From the human T2T-CHM13v2.0 reference genome, Homo sapiens: a stretch of 64,000 bases of DNA. How positions within the stretch are numbered: the first letter of the stretch is position 1; each line of letters starts with the position of its first letter. The translations under genes were made by a program, and so were the position numbers. Shown piece by piece: positions 1-12,040 of this stretch. The stretch lies in NCBI RefSeq assembly GCF_009914755.1, contig NC_060935.1; one strand, given 5' to 3'. The notes under the pieces are model-generated. The model was not told the origin of the DNA, made no database searches, and worked only from the letters and a program-made list of their open reading frames with translations.

Positions 1-345
1 AATATAAAACAACACACTATTGATACACACGACAACTTGAATGTATCTCAATGGCATTATGCTGAGTGAAAGAAGCTAGTCTCAAAAGATTATATAGTGT
101 ATGCTTCCATTTACATATTTTTCAAAAACACAAAACTATAGCAATGAGGAAGAGATCAGTGGTTGTCATAGACTAGATGTGGTTGGAGAAGGTGATTATA
201 GAGAGTTAGCAAAAGGAAAGAGGGTTTGAGGAATTAAAATTGTCTTATATCTTGATTACAATGATGATTACATATGTTAAAATTCAAAGACCCATGTACC
301 AAAAGGCATCTTTACTTTATAATAATTGGAATAAAATAAAATAAA
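1..345 (+). mobile_element. Old L1M (L1MC/MD/ME-type) 3' UTR fragment
   Basis: Motifs typical of the L1M 3' UTR: 'ggcattatgctgagtgaaagaagctagtctcaaaag', 'agatcagtggttg', 'tatatcttgatt'. Confidence 0.75.
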
Positions 346-391
346 ACCAAGAAAACCCACATAGTTGAACACTACACTCACAATGAATGTA

Positions 392-545
392 TTTTTTTTT
401 TCTTAGAGACAGGGTCTCATTCTCACCCAGACTGGAGTACAGCAGTGTGATCATAGCTCACTGTAGTCTTAAATTCCTGAGCTCAAGAGATCCTTGCACC
501 TCAGCTTCCTGAGTAGCTAGGACTACAGATGTGAGCCACCTTGAC
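392..545 (-). mobile_element. FRAM / free right Alu monomer
   Basis: Poly-T, then 'gagacagggtctc...gtgatcatagctcactg...gctcaagagatcc...gtagctaggactacag'. Single monomer with FRAM/AluJ diagnostics. Confidence 0.8.
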
Positions 546-904
546 TGGAGGATGTATCTTATAATGTATAAATTATACTTCAGTAAAGCTGTAAATAAAT
601 AAAAGTTACTGTGAAACTGAATCTAATTCAGGCAGGACTTCTAATGCTTTAGACCCTTCAGAAATGAAAGTTTGTTCATCCTAGCAAAGGATCATGAATA
701 AATAGTTCAGGTACTCAAATATGTGTAATCAGTATAGAAAATTTCACAAAAAGAATTGAGTTGATTTAATAGAATTTACCTCCCAAAACACTTCCTTGAA
801 CCAAATTACTGGTATAGTTTTCTTAAAAGTATTCACAATCATACACATTGTTTAAACATTCTCAGGGTCAGAATAGCTCGGACTAAACTAAGTAGCTCCT
901 GAGT

Positions 905-1708
905 CAAAATGATATATCACATACCAGAATCTCTGGAAGACAACTACAGATGTGTTAAGAGGAAAGTTTACAGCAGTGAACACCTACAATGAAAAGTTAG
1001 GAAGATCTAAAATCAACAACCTGACATCACCCCTAAAGGAGCGAAAAAAAAACAAGAGCAAATCAGCTCCAAAGCTAGCAAAAGAAAAGCAAATAACCAA
1101 GATAAGCTACACTGAATGAAATTGAGATGTAAAATTCATTTGAAAAAAATCAATGAAACCAAAAGTTGGTTTTCTGAAAAAATAAACAAGATTGATAGAT
1201 TGCTAGCTAGATTAATAAAGAAAAAGAGAAGATCCAAATAAACACAATCAGAAACGACAAAGGTGATATTAACATCAACCCCACAGAAATACAAAAGCTC
1301 TGTTATGAACACCCCTATGCACATAAATTAGAAAACCTAAAAGAAAAATGTTTGATATCACTAATCATTACAGAAATTCAAATCAAAACCACAATGAAAT
1401 ACCATCTTACACTGGTCAGAATGATTATTAAAAATTCAGAAAATGACAGATGTTGGTGATGTTGTGAAGAAAAGGGACAATTATACACTTCTGGTGGGAA
1501 TGTAAACTAGTTCAGCCACTGTGGAAAGTACTCTGGATATTTCTCAAAGAACTTAAAACAAAACTGCCATTCAACCCAGCAATCTCGTTACTGTCATTAC
1601 TGGGTACATACCCAGAGGAATATAAATCATTCTACCAAAAAGACACCTGCACTCATATGTTCATTGCTGCACTATTCACAATAGCAAAGACATGGAATCA
1701 ATCTGGGT
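905..1708 (+). mobile_element. L1P (L1PA13-16/L1PB-like) ORF2 fragment with large internal deletion
   Basis: Post-endonuclease ORF2 sequence ('ataccagaatctctgg', 'aatcaatgaaaccaaaagttggtt') is joined near 1345 directly to the C-terminal region ('caaatcaaaaccacaatgaaataccatc'). Confidence 0.85.
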
Positions 1709-1724
1709 GATGAAATCATTTGTC

Positions 1725-1744
1725 TATATGCATGCGCGCGCGCG

Positions 1745-1807
<63 letters not shown>
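1725..1807. repeat. Compound (CG)n(CA)n microsatellite; 83-bp alternating purine-pyrimidine tract
   Basis: Directly visible: tatatgcatgcgcgcgcgcgcacgcgcgcacaca...cacgt. Confidence 0.97.
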
Positions 1808-1810
<3 letters not shown>

Positions 1811-2394
1811 GATATATTCCCAATGAAGAACAACAACAAAATGGCGTATGGTGTATCGTAACTTTCCGTACTCTTTGCTAAGACTTTTTGGACCCAGTAG
1901 TGGAAGGAAATAACAGAAGTTAAACTCTCTACCACTTTTTTTAAGCAAAACTATGTAATCGATTTCACTCCCACCACACACCACACCCCCACCAACACAC
2001 ACACACACGTTGTTCCCCCACTTCATCCTCCACCAGGTTCCACTGGCCACACAACTCAAGATCTATGGAATGCAAGGAAGAAAACAGTCCTGGCTAGCTT
2101 GAAAAAATTTACTGACACGCTCTCAGAAGAATTCATGCTAAGAAAATCCATATCCCATCACTAATTTTCAGGGTATGGCAATGGCTTTCTCAAGAATATT
2201 ACAGGGAACCTTTGGAGTATGACAGCAAATTGCTTCAAAGAGGCTTTCTTGCTTTTCTCCTTCAAACATGTGTATCTCATGTATGACCCAGGAAGATATA
2301 TATAGATTGGTTTTCTGGGAGTTTTTTCCTCCATCCACAGATATGGCAGAAATATACTACCATTGATGGGCAGGCAGACATTCCAGCAACAGAT

Positions 2395-2890
2395 GAATAT
2401 TGAATACTTCTTATAAGTCTACTAAGAGCTTTACATACATTATCTCAATTGACCCTTACAATAAGTTTGAGAGATGGCTATTATTATTTTCATATTATCC
2501 TGGGCTTTTTGAGGCTCAGAAGTGTGAAATAATTTCCCCCAAGTAATGCGGTTACCTTAAAATACCCTATGAAAAATGTATTATTGCTATTTTACAAATA
2601 AGAGAAATGAAGTGACTTAGCAAAATTTACATAAATAGAAAGGAGTTGAACTGGAATCAAAATGCAATTTGATCTGACTACAAATTTACACGCTTATCAT
2701 GGTGGAATTCGCGTACAGGCTTTGGAGACAAAAAGACTTAGGGTTATATCCCATTCTTTCCACTTACTAGTACCATGACCTTGAGCACATTTCTTACTTA
2801 ACTTCTTTGTGCATTGGTTTCCTCATCTATAAAATGAGAATAAAAGTGATAAAGCATGTATTGAGTTCAGTACATACTAACTACTCCATA
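2395..2890. mobile_element. Cluster of MIR fragments (two minus, one plus)
   Basis: MIR core motifs 'gaggctcagaagtg', 'ttttacaaataagagaaatgaagtgactt', 'ccatgaccttgagca...gtttcctcatctataaaatgagaataa'. Confidence 0.7.
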
Positions 2891-3514
2891 AAAACAGCTG
2901 GTGTTATCATTATCATTACAATCTTGTATTATTAACTTCAGCTAAATTAAATTAATTCATCCAAGGAATTCTGATGGGACTGTGACATAGAGATAGTTAT
3001 CTATAAGGAATTGGGAGGGGAGGTCAACTACCTAGAACAAAGGGAACCTGGGGGAGAAACCATAGGGGGAGTGCCTGATTGGCCAGGAACACTATGACAG
3101 ATTTGAGAACCCTAAGGTAGAAACAAGTGCAACAGGCATTGGAGTACAAACTGGAGGGGAATTAATAGGCACTTATTAAAAGTGCTAGGAAACATGATAG
3201 CTACCTTAAATTCTTCATCTTATTTTATCTGGAATAAGAGGACCCAATTTTTCCTTTTAATATTTCCTTAGATTATAATAAATCACCAAATCCTATTACT
3301 TTTGCCTTTGAAATTTCTCTCAGATTCATTGTCCCGTATCATTCCTCTTATTCCTTCTGTCATCTCCCTGAATCAAGTGCCTATCTTTTTATATTCAGAT
3401 GCTTAAACCGGCACGGTAATAGCATGCACTCCATTCTTCACTTCAATCCACCCATGTTCCTGTGGCAGCATGGAAAGCACAGGATTTAGATTAGGACAGG
3501 GCTATTTTGTTCTC

Positions 3515-4461
3515 TTTAGGCTTTGAACTGAAATATAACTTTCTGTTCAAAATATGAACAGAAATATGCCTTTCTGAAGTGTACAACTTCGTGGCTTTCA
3601 GTATATTACCATTATCCTTATATAATTCCAGAACATTTTCATCACCTCAAAAAGAAACCCCATATTCATTAGCAGTTACTGTCTATTCCCCCTTCCTCCA
3701 GGCCCTGGCAGCAATAATCTACTTTCTATCTCTATGAATTTGCCTATTCTGGAATTTTATAAATTGAATCATATACTATATGCACTGGCTTTTTCCACTT
3801 AGGATAATGTTTTCAAGCTTCATCCATGTTTTAGCATGTATCAGCAGCACACGCTTTTTATGGCTGATTAATACTCCCTTATACAGATTCTATATATTGT
3901 TTATCCATTCATCAGTTAATGAGCACGAGGGTTATCTCTATTTTTGGCTATTATGAATAATGCTGCTATGAACATTCATATATAAGTTTTCATAGAAACA
4001 TATATTTTCAGTTGTCTTGAATATATACCTAGAAGTGGAATTGCTGACAACTGTGTTTAACATTTTAAGGGAATAGCCAGACTATTTTCCAAAGTGGCTG
4101 CACTATTGTAAATTTCCAATTTCTATATGAGAATTCCAATTTCTCCATATCCTAATCAAACTTCTTCCTTCTGGTGGGTGTGACTTGGTGTCTCATTCTA
4201 TTTTGACTTGCATTTCCCTAATGATTAATGTTATCGATCATCTTTTTGTGTGTTTTAGCCATTTGTTCATCTTATTTGAAGAATTACGTATTCAAATTCT
4301 TTGCCCATTTTTTTAAAATTGGATTGTATTTTTATTGTTGACTTGTAAGAGTTCTTATATATGCTGAATACTTGACCCTTTCAATATATATGTTTTGTAT
4401 ATTTTCTACCACTCTTTGGGTTGTCATTTTTACTTTCTTAACAGTAACCTTTGAAGCACAA
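3515..4461 (-). mobile_element. L1MB-type 3' end
   Basis: 'ttccagaacattttcatcacctcaaaaagaaacccc', 'ttttggctattatgaataatgctgctatgaacattc', 'gtggctgcactatt'. Confidence 0.85.
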
Positions 4462-5077
4462 TACGGTTGTGCTATGTGGTTCAAATGCAGTGTCTTGGTC
4501 ATTTTGTCTGTCTTAGGCTCTGGGTAGCCAGGGTTATAGTGCTGCAGGCACCCATGTGAATGTGATGGAATAACAATGGGGCCTCAGGGATGGAAAAAAT
4601 TAGTGACTACTGGCCCCCAGGGCAGAATGCACTTTAGCAGTGGATTTAGTTTCAAGATGGCACCATTCTGTAACAGCTTAGGTCATGGGGATGAGAGGAG
4701 TGTTTAACATGGGCTCCTACTATAAGGCAATGCAGTCATGCAAACTCCTGGCTACTTTCCTCCCAACTGCATTTGGAGTCTGTGAAGACTGCAAGACTCT
4801 CATGTTGGAGAACTGCTAGTGTCTGTGGTAGCAGTGGGGACCGTGAGAGATGTACAGCTTACTTTTTTCTCGTAAGAAGTCCTTTCCAACTCCAAGCCAA
4901 TCTTAGTGGGGGAAAGAGTATGGAAAAGCTGTACAAGGATTTTGCTGCTCCCTTGGTACTTTCCAGCACACTTCAGCCACTGCAGTCAAAATATAGTTAT
5001 ATATTCATTGTTTTGGTCCCTCTTTGTAGGGGGAGACAGGCTTCAAAGAACAGTATTTACCCATCTTACTGATGTCC
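4462..5077 (-). mobile_element. L1M (L1M2-like) 5' UTR fragment
   Basis: Ends in 'ccatcttactgatgtc', the reverse complement of the L1M 5' terminus 'gacatcagyaagatgg'. GC-richer UTR-like sequence includes 'ttcaagatggcacc'. Confidence 0.65.
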
Positions 5078-5399
5078 TAAAAGCTGTTTTTCAGTTTAAA
5101 TGCTGCAATATGAATATAAAGATACAAAGGGCCCAGAAGTCTCAGAGAGTAGAATTTCATATAAAGCAAACAAGAGGAAAACATTTTCCGCACTCCCCTC
5201 ACCCCCACCCCCGCCAAAGAAAAATTCAAGCAGAATAGAAAGAGTATGGGAGGATTGTGGCATGAAGTTAAATGCTGGTACATCCCTCATAGGGGCTTAT
5301 AATCCTGTCCATCCTCCTGGCTAAGCCCCTAGTAGGGAGAATAATGAGACAAACTCATACCGATTGGGATGGGGGAGTAGCACAAAGCAGATGAATTTT

Positions 5400-5520
5400 C
5401 ATTTATTAATTCAGTTTATTTCCTTCATTTATTCATTCATATATTCATTTAACCAACAAATAATTATTGAGCACTTACTATGTGCCATGTTCTGTGTAAG
5501 CATTGGGATGCAGCTAGGTC
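5400..5520 (-). mobile_element. L2 3' end
   Basis: 'ttcattcat...caacaaataattattgagcacttactatgtgcca'. Confidence 0.7.
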
Positions 5521-6093
5521 TCACTTCCATCATAAAGTTGGAAAGTACAAAAAGTCTGGTAGAGAACTGTTCTATGTCAGCCTGGCTCTGCAATAGTAGA
5601 CATAACAGAAGCTAAATCTAAAAAGAGAAGGCCAGAGATATTCCCTACCTGCTATTCTCAAGCTCTGAAGCCCAGGAAGAACAAGGGACAGCATCTAAAA
5701 ATTCCCTATGTTCCTGAGAAAAAGGTACGATAGTGGCTGAGGGTGGGAGATGGCCCCTGGAGGAACATCATAATTAGGATGAATTGAGAGGCTATTGTAA
5801 TCAGTACGAATCTAGTTAGCGGAGGCAAAGGGGAAGAGGACATTTTAGTGCACTGCAGTAAGAGTCAGTTCCAGTGACCAAAGATGTTAATGGTGACTAT
5901 ATTTTTCAACAGAAGGCAGCATGCATGGATGCAATAAATCATGGACACATTAACCTCCCCACTGAAGCCAGAGTAACAAGGCCCTACCCCTGTGGAATTT
6001 AGATCAAAGGTCTGAGGAGAAGAAAATAAGTGAAAAGGAGGGACCCTGAAGTCACCAAGTAGAAACCTAGAATTGGGCAAACTTAAATCATAA

Positions 6094-6425
<332 letters not shown>

Positions 6426-7025
6426 GACAGTGTTTTAAATAATCTGCTATCACTGGAAATAGGGACTTAACTAAATATTTTTAAAATAGAAACAATTTTG
6501 AAAAGTAAAATTTCATATACTTTGGTTTTATGGCAAAAAGATGTATACTCACTATAAAGTATCATTCATTATTTTAGATAAAATATTAACTTTTTGTGGT
6601 AGAACTTTCTTTAAATATTTATTTTTCTTTTGGAATGAGAATTTTCACACTAAGTAGCTCCACAAACACTAGCAAATTCCACCCAGCGTTGCCTCCTTTT
6701 ATACTTAGGGAAACAAAGCACTTTTGACCATAAAGTTGTTGCTCAAGGTTGTAAAATCAGTGACAAATCCAAGTTCCTTGACTTCCACTCCAGTGGCATT
6801 TTCATTATCTTCAAAATTTCTTTAACACCAAATGAAAACTACCACGCACACATACTTTGGAGACTCAATTTCCAATTGGATGTGAATAGTTTAAGTACGT
6901 TTACAAAAGTAAAATTTTAAGAACAAACTGTTCAATTTTCCTTTATTTAAATTCTCTATAGAGATTACTAATGATAAATAACATGCAAAGTATGCAATCC
7001 TAACTGAGAAAATAGGTGAGCCAGG

Positions 7026-7237
7026 CAGTGGTGTCCTGGTCAGTGTTTCACAGCTGGTTCCTAGTGGTTGAGGGGCCTAATTAGTGGAGGCTGCTGATTT
7101 CCATAGTGTAAATAGTCCCACTATAACCAATTTCAAGTTATCAACATGATGTCAAAAAAGTGGGAAGTTTAAAATTATTTGAAAATTTTAAAATCAATTT
7201 TGCAAGCTTATTACAAGTTGGCCTTAGCACACTGCTG
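7026..7237 (-). mobile_element. MER63-type hAT (Blackjack) non-autonomous element
   Basis: Imperfect TIRs cagtggtgtcctgg / tagcacactgctg. Internal 'ctgatttccatagtgtaaatagtcccac...atttcaagttatcaacatgatgtca'. Confidence 0.75.
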
Positions 7238-7864
7238 GGACCAGGGTTGTTTCTCCAGAGCAAAGACTGACTTAAGCATTTACTTATTAGAATTCAGGAC
7301 ATTTTATCAGGACAATACACTGAAGTGCTTTAAGAACATATATCCACTTAGTATGGATAATTATCATGAAATTGGTGTACTTTTAACTACATGTGGAAAG
7401 TAGCTTTTTCTTGTAATTTCCCCCAGCCAAATATAAAGGAAAGTGTTAAGTCTTCACGCACATGCAGTTCTCTGAATGGAATATTTAAGAGAATAGAAAT
7501 TAAGTGTAAACACCCTTTTGTGAGATTCACATAAAAAGAATCAACCATATCTGTTTAATTTTGGCACCTTATATTCCTCTCATATGACACAACAGAATAG
7601 CTACATTTATACAAAGTCTAAATTTTTCTCCTTTCTACATTATAAAGATAAAAGAAAACTGAGGGCAGTTTTAAAATGGCTTGTGAAATGTGGTTTAGGC
7701 AAAGGAGTATAGGCACAAGATTGCTAGGCCTCTATACAATCAGAGAGCTATATAATTTGGCAGACCTTTCTACGATGTAATATTGAACTTTGCCCTTTAT
7801 AGTTGACATATTACTAAAATGATATGTCTGTGTTACATTGTGAAAAGTCAACTCACGTTTTAGA

Positions 7865-8055
7865 ACCAGAGTTCTGTTTTTTTCTTGATCCTAGATATCT
7901 TTGGAAATCTAATGAAAACTAATGAGTCTAATGAAACACTTTTAAAGAACAATGCACATATTTATAGATACAGAAAACTTTGCATAAAATGTTAAAGGAC
8001 TCACAGACATTCTGTCACTTGACCATGGGCTTCTAGACTCACACCAAGAACCATT
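7865..8055 (+). mobile_element. MER103-like hAT-Charlie relic
   Basis: 'aatctaatgaaaact...aatgcacata...aaactttgcataaaat...ggactcacagac'. A second, more degraded copy lies at about 8890-9010. Confidence 0.55.
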
Positions 8056-9584
8056 TTAAAGTGTATTAAGAAATCTTGACATTCAAAGGAAACCCATGAT
8101 GATTATTTTAGAAAAGCTATACAATTATCTGTAAAGGAAAGCAATCACCTTAATTTATATTTTCCTTAAATTAAGCTTTTTAAACTTATTGAGTTTACTT
8201 ATGTTAAGTCTAGATTTCTAGACATAAATTTCTGAAAGACATAGTCACAGATATGAGGAGTAAAGGGATCTTTAGAGATAAAATACCATACCACAAGTCC
8301 TTTATTTTATAAACAAAGAGAGGACCTAAGCACTGAACCAACTAGAACAAAATCTCCATGACCGAGGAGGCCTCATACCATTGTATAAAGGATACATCCC
8401 TGGACAATTTCAGAAATTTCAGAAACCCTGAATTCTAGTAAAGTCCTGCCATTTATTATTCGCATGGTATTGGGTCATCATTTAGCTTCTCTAATGTTTC
8501 CTCAGCTAAAATCTTAGTTATACTACAAAGTTGTTACAAGGATTAAATGAGGTATTTGTGAAAACAGTAAATATTCTAATGCCATGTAACAAGTTAATGA
8601 AATTATAATTATGATAAATAACAGACGAACGACATGCATTCTTCCTGTCGGGACCAAACTTATTAGACGCAGGTCTAGCCAACACCTAAGACAGTCTTTT
8701 ATAAAGAAAAAAAAAAGTGGCTCAAAGGTACTGAGATTAGTGGTCACAGGAAAGACTTCTGGTATAAGTGGGATAATGGAAAAAGCACTAGATTCGGAAT
8801 TAAGAGATTTCGTTGTAGTTCCAATTCTACTACTAACTAGTAAAACTGAAAAATTATTTCAGACCTCTGGCCCTCCATTTTTGTGGAGAGCAGATTTTCT
8901 TAAACATTTGAAGAAGTGCCACAGCCAGACCCCTTTAAGAACACACTGAAAATTATGAAAATTCTCCCCACAAAAAGTATACATTTGGCACATCATTGAA
9001 GGATCTCAAGTTAGCTATTAAATTTCCACAAGTGGCATACTAACAACCCAGACATTACTTATAAATTGTTTCTAGAACTAAATCAATTTATATATATGAA
9101 ATATTCTATAAATGTACACATTATAGAATTATAGAATTTTGAGAAGTAAAATTGAAGGCAAGTTTACAGATATTTTATGTGAAAAATGTTTATATTTAGT
9201 AACAGTTATTACAATATTGGTTTCTATATCTACAACAAAAAGGTATCATTTTACTACCATAATTAAAAATTATCTACTAACCCTTTGCTACTTTTATGAT
9301 AAAATCAAAACTCATTATTTTGGCATTTCTAATTTGAGTTCAACCAGCTTTTTGCCTCATTTATAACTATTCTTCTCTTACAACCACCCCATCTTTCTCT
9401 TACCTCAAGTCACTTGCCACACTTAAATTCTCATCAGTTGATGGATCCAGTGGAACTTTTCATGCTAGATTCACTGGGGCTCCGTGCTTTTGTACCTGAT
9501 AATCTCTCTGCCAAAAGTTCCTCTGTTATCCTAATTCACCCAGTTATCTTCAAGTTTCAGGTCTAATGTCAACCTTCCCCACAC

Positions 9585-10140
9585 ATACTTTGGAGAACTA
9601 GTTGGCAGTACTATAAAGTTAAATATATGCCTATTTTAGGACCCCCAAATTCCACTCCTAGACATTTACCCAAATGAAGTTAAAGCCTACATCCACAAAA
9701 AGATTTGTACAAAAATGTTCAGAGCAACTTTATTCATAATAGCCAAAATCAGTGAATAACTCTTCAATAGATCAAGTTGTGATATATTTATATAATGTAA
9801 TACTACTCAGCAATAAAAAGGAATGTAACCACTAATGCATACAAAAACATGGATGAACCTCAAAATCATTATATTGAGCAAGATAAGACTGACACCAATG
9901 CACACATATTTTATGTTTCTATTTACAAGAAGTTCTAGAAGAGACACAGCTAATCCCCAGGGACAAAAATTTAAAAAAGTCTAAGGAATAATGTGTGAAG
10001 TGATTCTAAAGATGCATCAGAGAACTTCCCAGGGTGATAGAAGTTTATGGTGAAGTTTACATAATTATATGCGAGAATCAAAGTTCATTGAACCAAGCAC
10101 TTAAGGTCTATGCGTGTTATTGGATATAAATTATAACTCA
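9585..10140 (+). mobile_element. L1ME/L1MD 3' fragment
   Basis: 'aattccactcctagacatttacccaaatgaa', 'actttattcataatagccaaaa', 'catggatgaacctcaaaatcattatattgag'. Confidence 0.8.
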
Positions 10141-10419
10141 GCTATTGCTTGGCTTGATATTCTAAATATTAATTCTGAAATTCTTCCTCTATTATAATAG
10201 ATCTATATTTTACCAACCACTCAAGGTGATTCTTATGAAGATGGCTAGTTGACCTCTCTTTGGAAAGTACCATTGATGAGAGTTTAAAACTTGCCCTTTT
10301 ACTAAAATTATACTTTCCACAAAATAATAAACAATATATAGAGTTCTAACCATGACTTTAGACAGTTGTATAAATACACACAGTGAGCCACAAATAGATT
10401 AAGCCACTGTTCACATAGT

Positions 10420-10570
10420 CTAGACTCTAGATCCCAAACCTGGATACACTTCAGAATCATATAGAAAACAAAATATAGAACTTTGGGTTCTACCCCCACA
10501 CCAAGAACGCAGAATATTTTTGTAGTGAGACCCAGGAATTACTTTTTTTTTTTTTTTAAGTTTTCCCTGG
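10420..10570. mobile_element. MER5-type hAT element, left part (split by the L1MA insertion; remainder at ~16303-16350)
   Basis: 'cccaaacctggatacacttcagaatca...gagacccaggaat...aagttttccctg' resumes after the L1 as 'aagttccctatgggattcaaatgagcagcc'. Confidence 0.6.
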
Positions 10571-11059
10571 AGACAGTGACATCAACAAGATGGCAGAATA
10601 AGAACAAACATGCTCATTTCCCCCACAACAACAACAAGAATTCTGTACTCACCCACATCCAAAAGTCTCTCTGCAGAAGTCTTGTGAATTCAGATAGGAG
10701 GTTGTAAACCCCCCCATGGAGCCCAACACCTAGGGGGGTCATTTCGAGAGTGCACACCAGCACCCAGGTATCTGATTCAACAATTGTGCTCCAGGGTTCA
10801 AGCCTAGAAACAGCCCACTTGCCAAAGAGCTTAGCTATAGCCCTCTTTGTCTTTTAGCCTGCTACCAAAACCATCTGACACGGGGTTGAGATGGAATCAT
10901 CTTAGCAAAGAGGCTTGTCTGCCTGTTTAAATCAGTCTTGACAGTGAATCTAAGAGTTATCCAGTGGCTCAGCTCCAGCCTTCTCAGTTGAAGTCCCAGC
11001 TCAGTGCTGTTCACGGAAGAATCCAGAAAGAGATTTGTTCATATCTCACAGCCCAGGCA

Positions 11060-12040
11060 TCTGAGCCTGCATGAGACTATCACTAACCTCCATCCTACAG
11101 CGGTTCCCAAGGCGGCCCAGTCTCAGCATCAGCCCCTTGCATTGCAGTTGGAGAACTACCCCATCTATGCAGGGACTTGCTGGGAGATGAATATTTCTCT
11201 GAGCCAATAAGGCTGGGTTCTGCAGCCTCTGTCCCACAGCAGATATGGAGGTGGTCCAGTCTCAGCTTAGGCCCCTCCTGCTGCAGTCAGGAAACTATCT
11301 TTGCAGAGACCTCCTGGAGATACACATGCTCATTAGAGCCAATGAGAAGGGTTCTCCAGCTTCCTTCCCACAGCAGATCCCAAGGGACCTCCCTCTCAGC
11401 TCCAGCCCCAGTCTGCTGCAGTTGGGAAACTATCCTGTTTGTGCATATACTTGCTAGGAATCACAGACCTGTCTGAGCTAATGAATCTGAGCTTTCCAGC
11501 CTCCATCCTGCAGCAGATCACAAGGGGCCCCATCAGCTCCAGCTCCTTCTGCTGCAGTTGGGAAACTAACCTGCTGGGAGACTCATGCTCCTCATGGCTA
11601 ATGAGAATAAGCTCTCCAGCCTCCAGCCCATAGCAGATCCCAGTGTAGCCCAGTCTCAGCTCCAGCCCCTCCCACTGCAGTTGAGGAACTATCTAATCTG
11701 TGCAGGGACTTGCAGGGAGACATGCTCCCCTCTTAGCCAACAAGACCAGCCCCTCCAGCCTTTGTCCCATAGCAGATCCAAAGAGAGCCAGTCTCAGATC
11801 AGGCCCCACCCACTACAGTAGGGTAGCTACGCTATCTGTGCAGAGATCTGCTGAAAGACCCACACACCTCTGAGCCAATGAAACAGTCTCACCAATCTCC
11901 TTTCTACAGCATCTCTGGAGAGGGCTGAGTCTCAACTTCAGCCACTCTTGCTACAGTTGAAGACCCATGCTGCCTGTGCTGGAGCCTACATGTAGACCAC
12001 CAAGACAGTCTTCTATACCTAGGTCCCTGGCCAGCTTTCC
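11060..12040 (+). repeat. Tandem array of ~7 diverged ~138-bp monomers in the L1 5' UTR
   Basis: Anchor 'cagcagat' variants at 11098, 11237, 11371, 11511, 11631, 11770 and 11907. Each is followed by 'tctcagctccagccc...ctgcagttg.gaactat...tgtgcag'. Confidence 0.9.

Noticed and set aside
1672-2059. ORFs with (CV)n repeats
   Set aside because: Translation of the CA/CG microsatellite.
11004-11821. Cluster of overlapping ORFs with repetitive peptides
   Set aside because: By-product of the GC-richer monomer array in the L1 5' UTR.
11060-12040. Regularly spaced repeats considered as a CRISPR-like array
   Set aside because: Eukaryotic context, whole units are homologous (no unique spacers), and the array lies within an L1 5' UTR.
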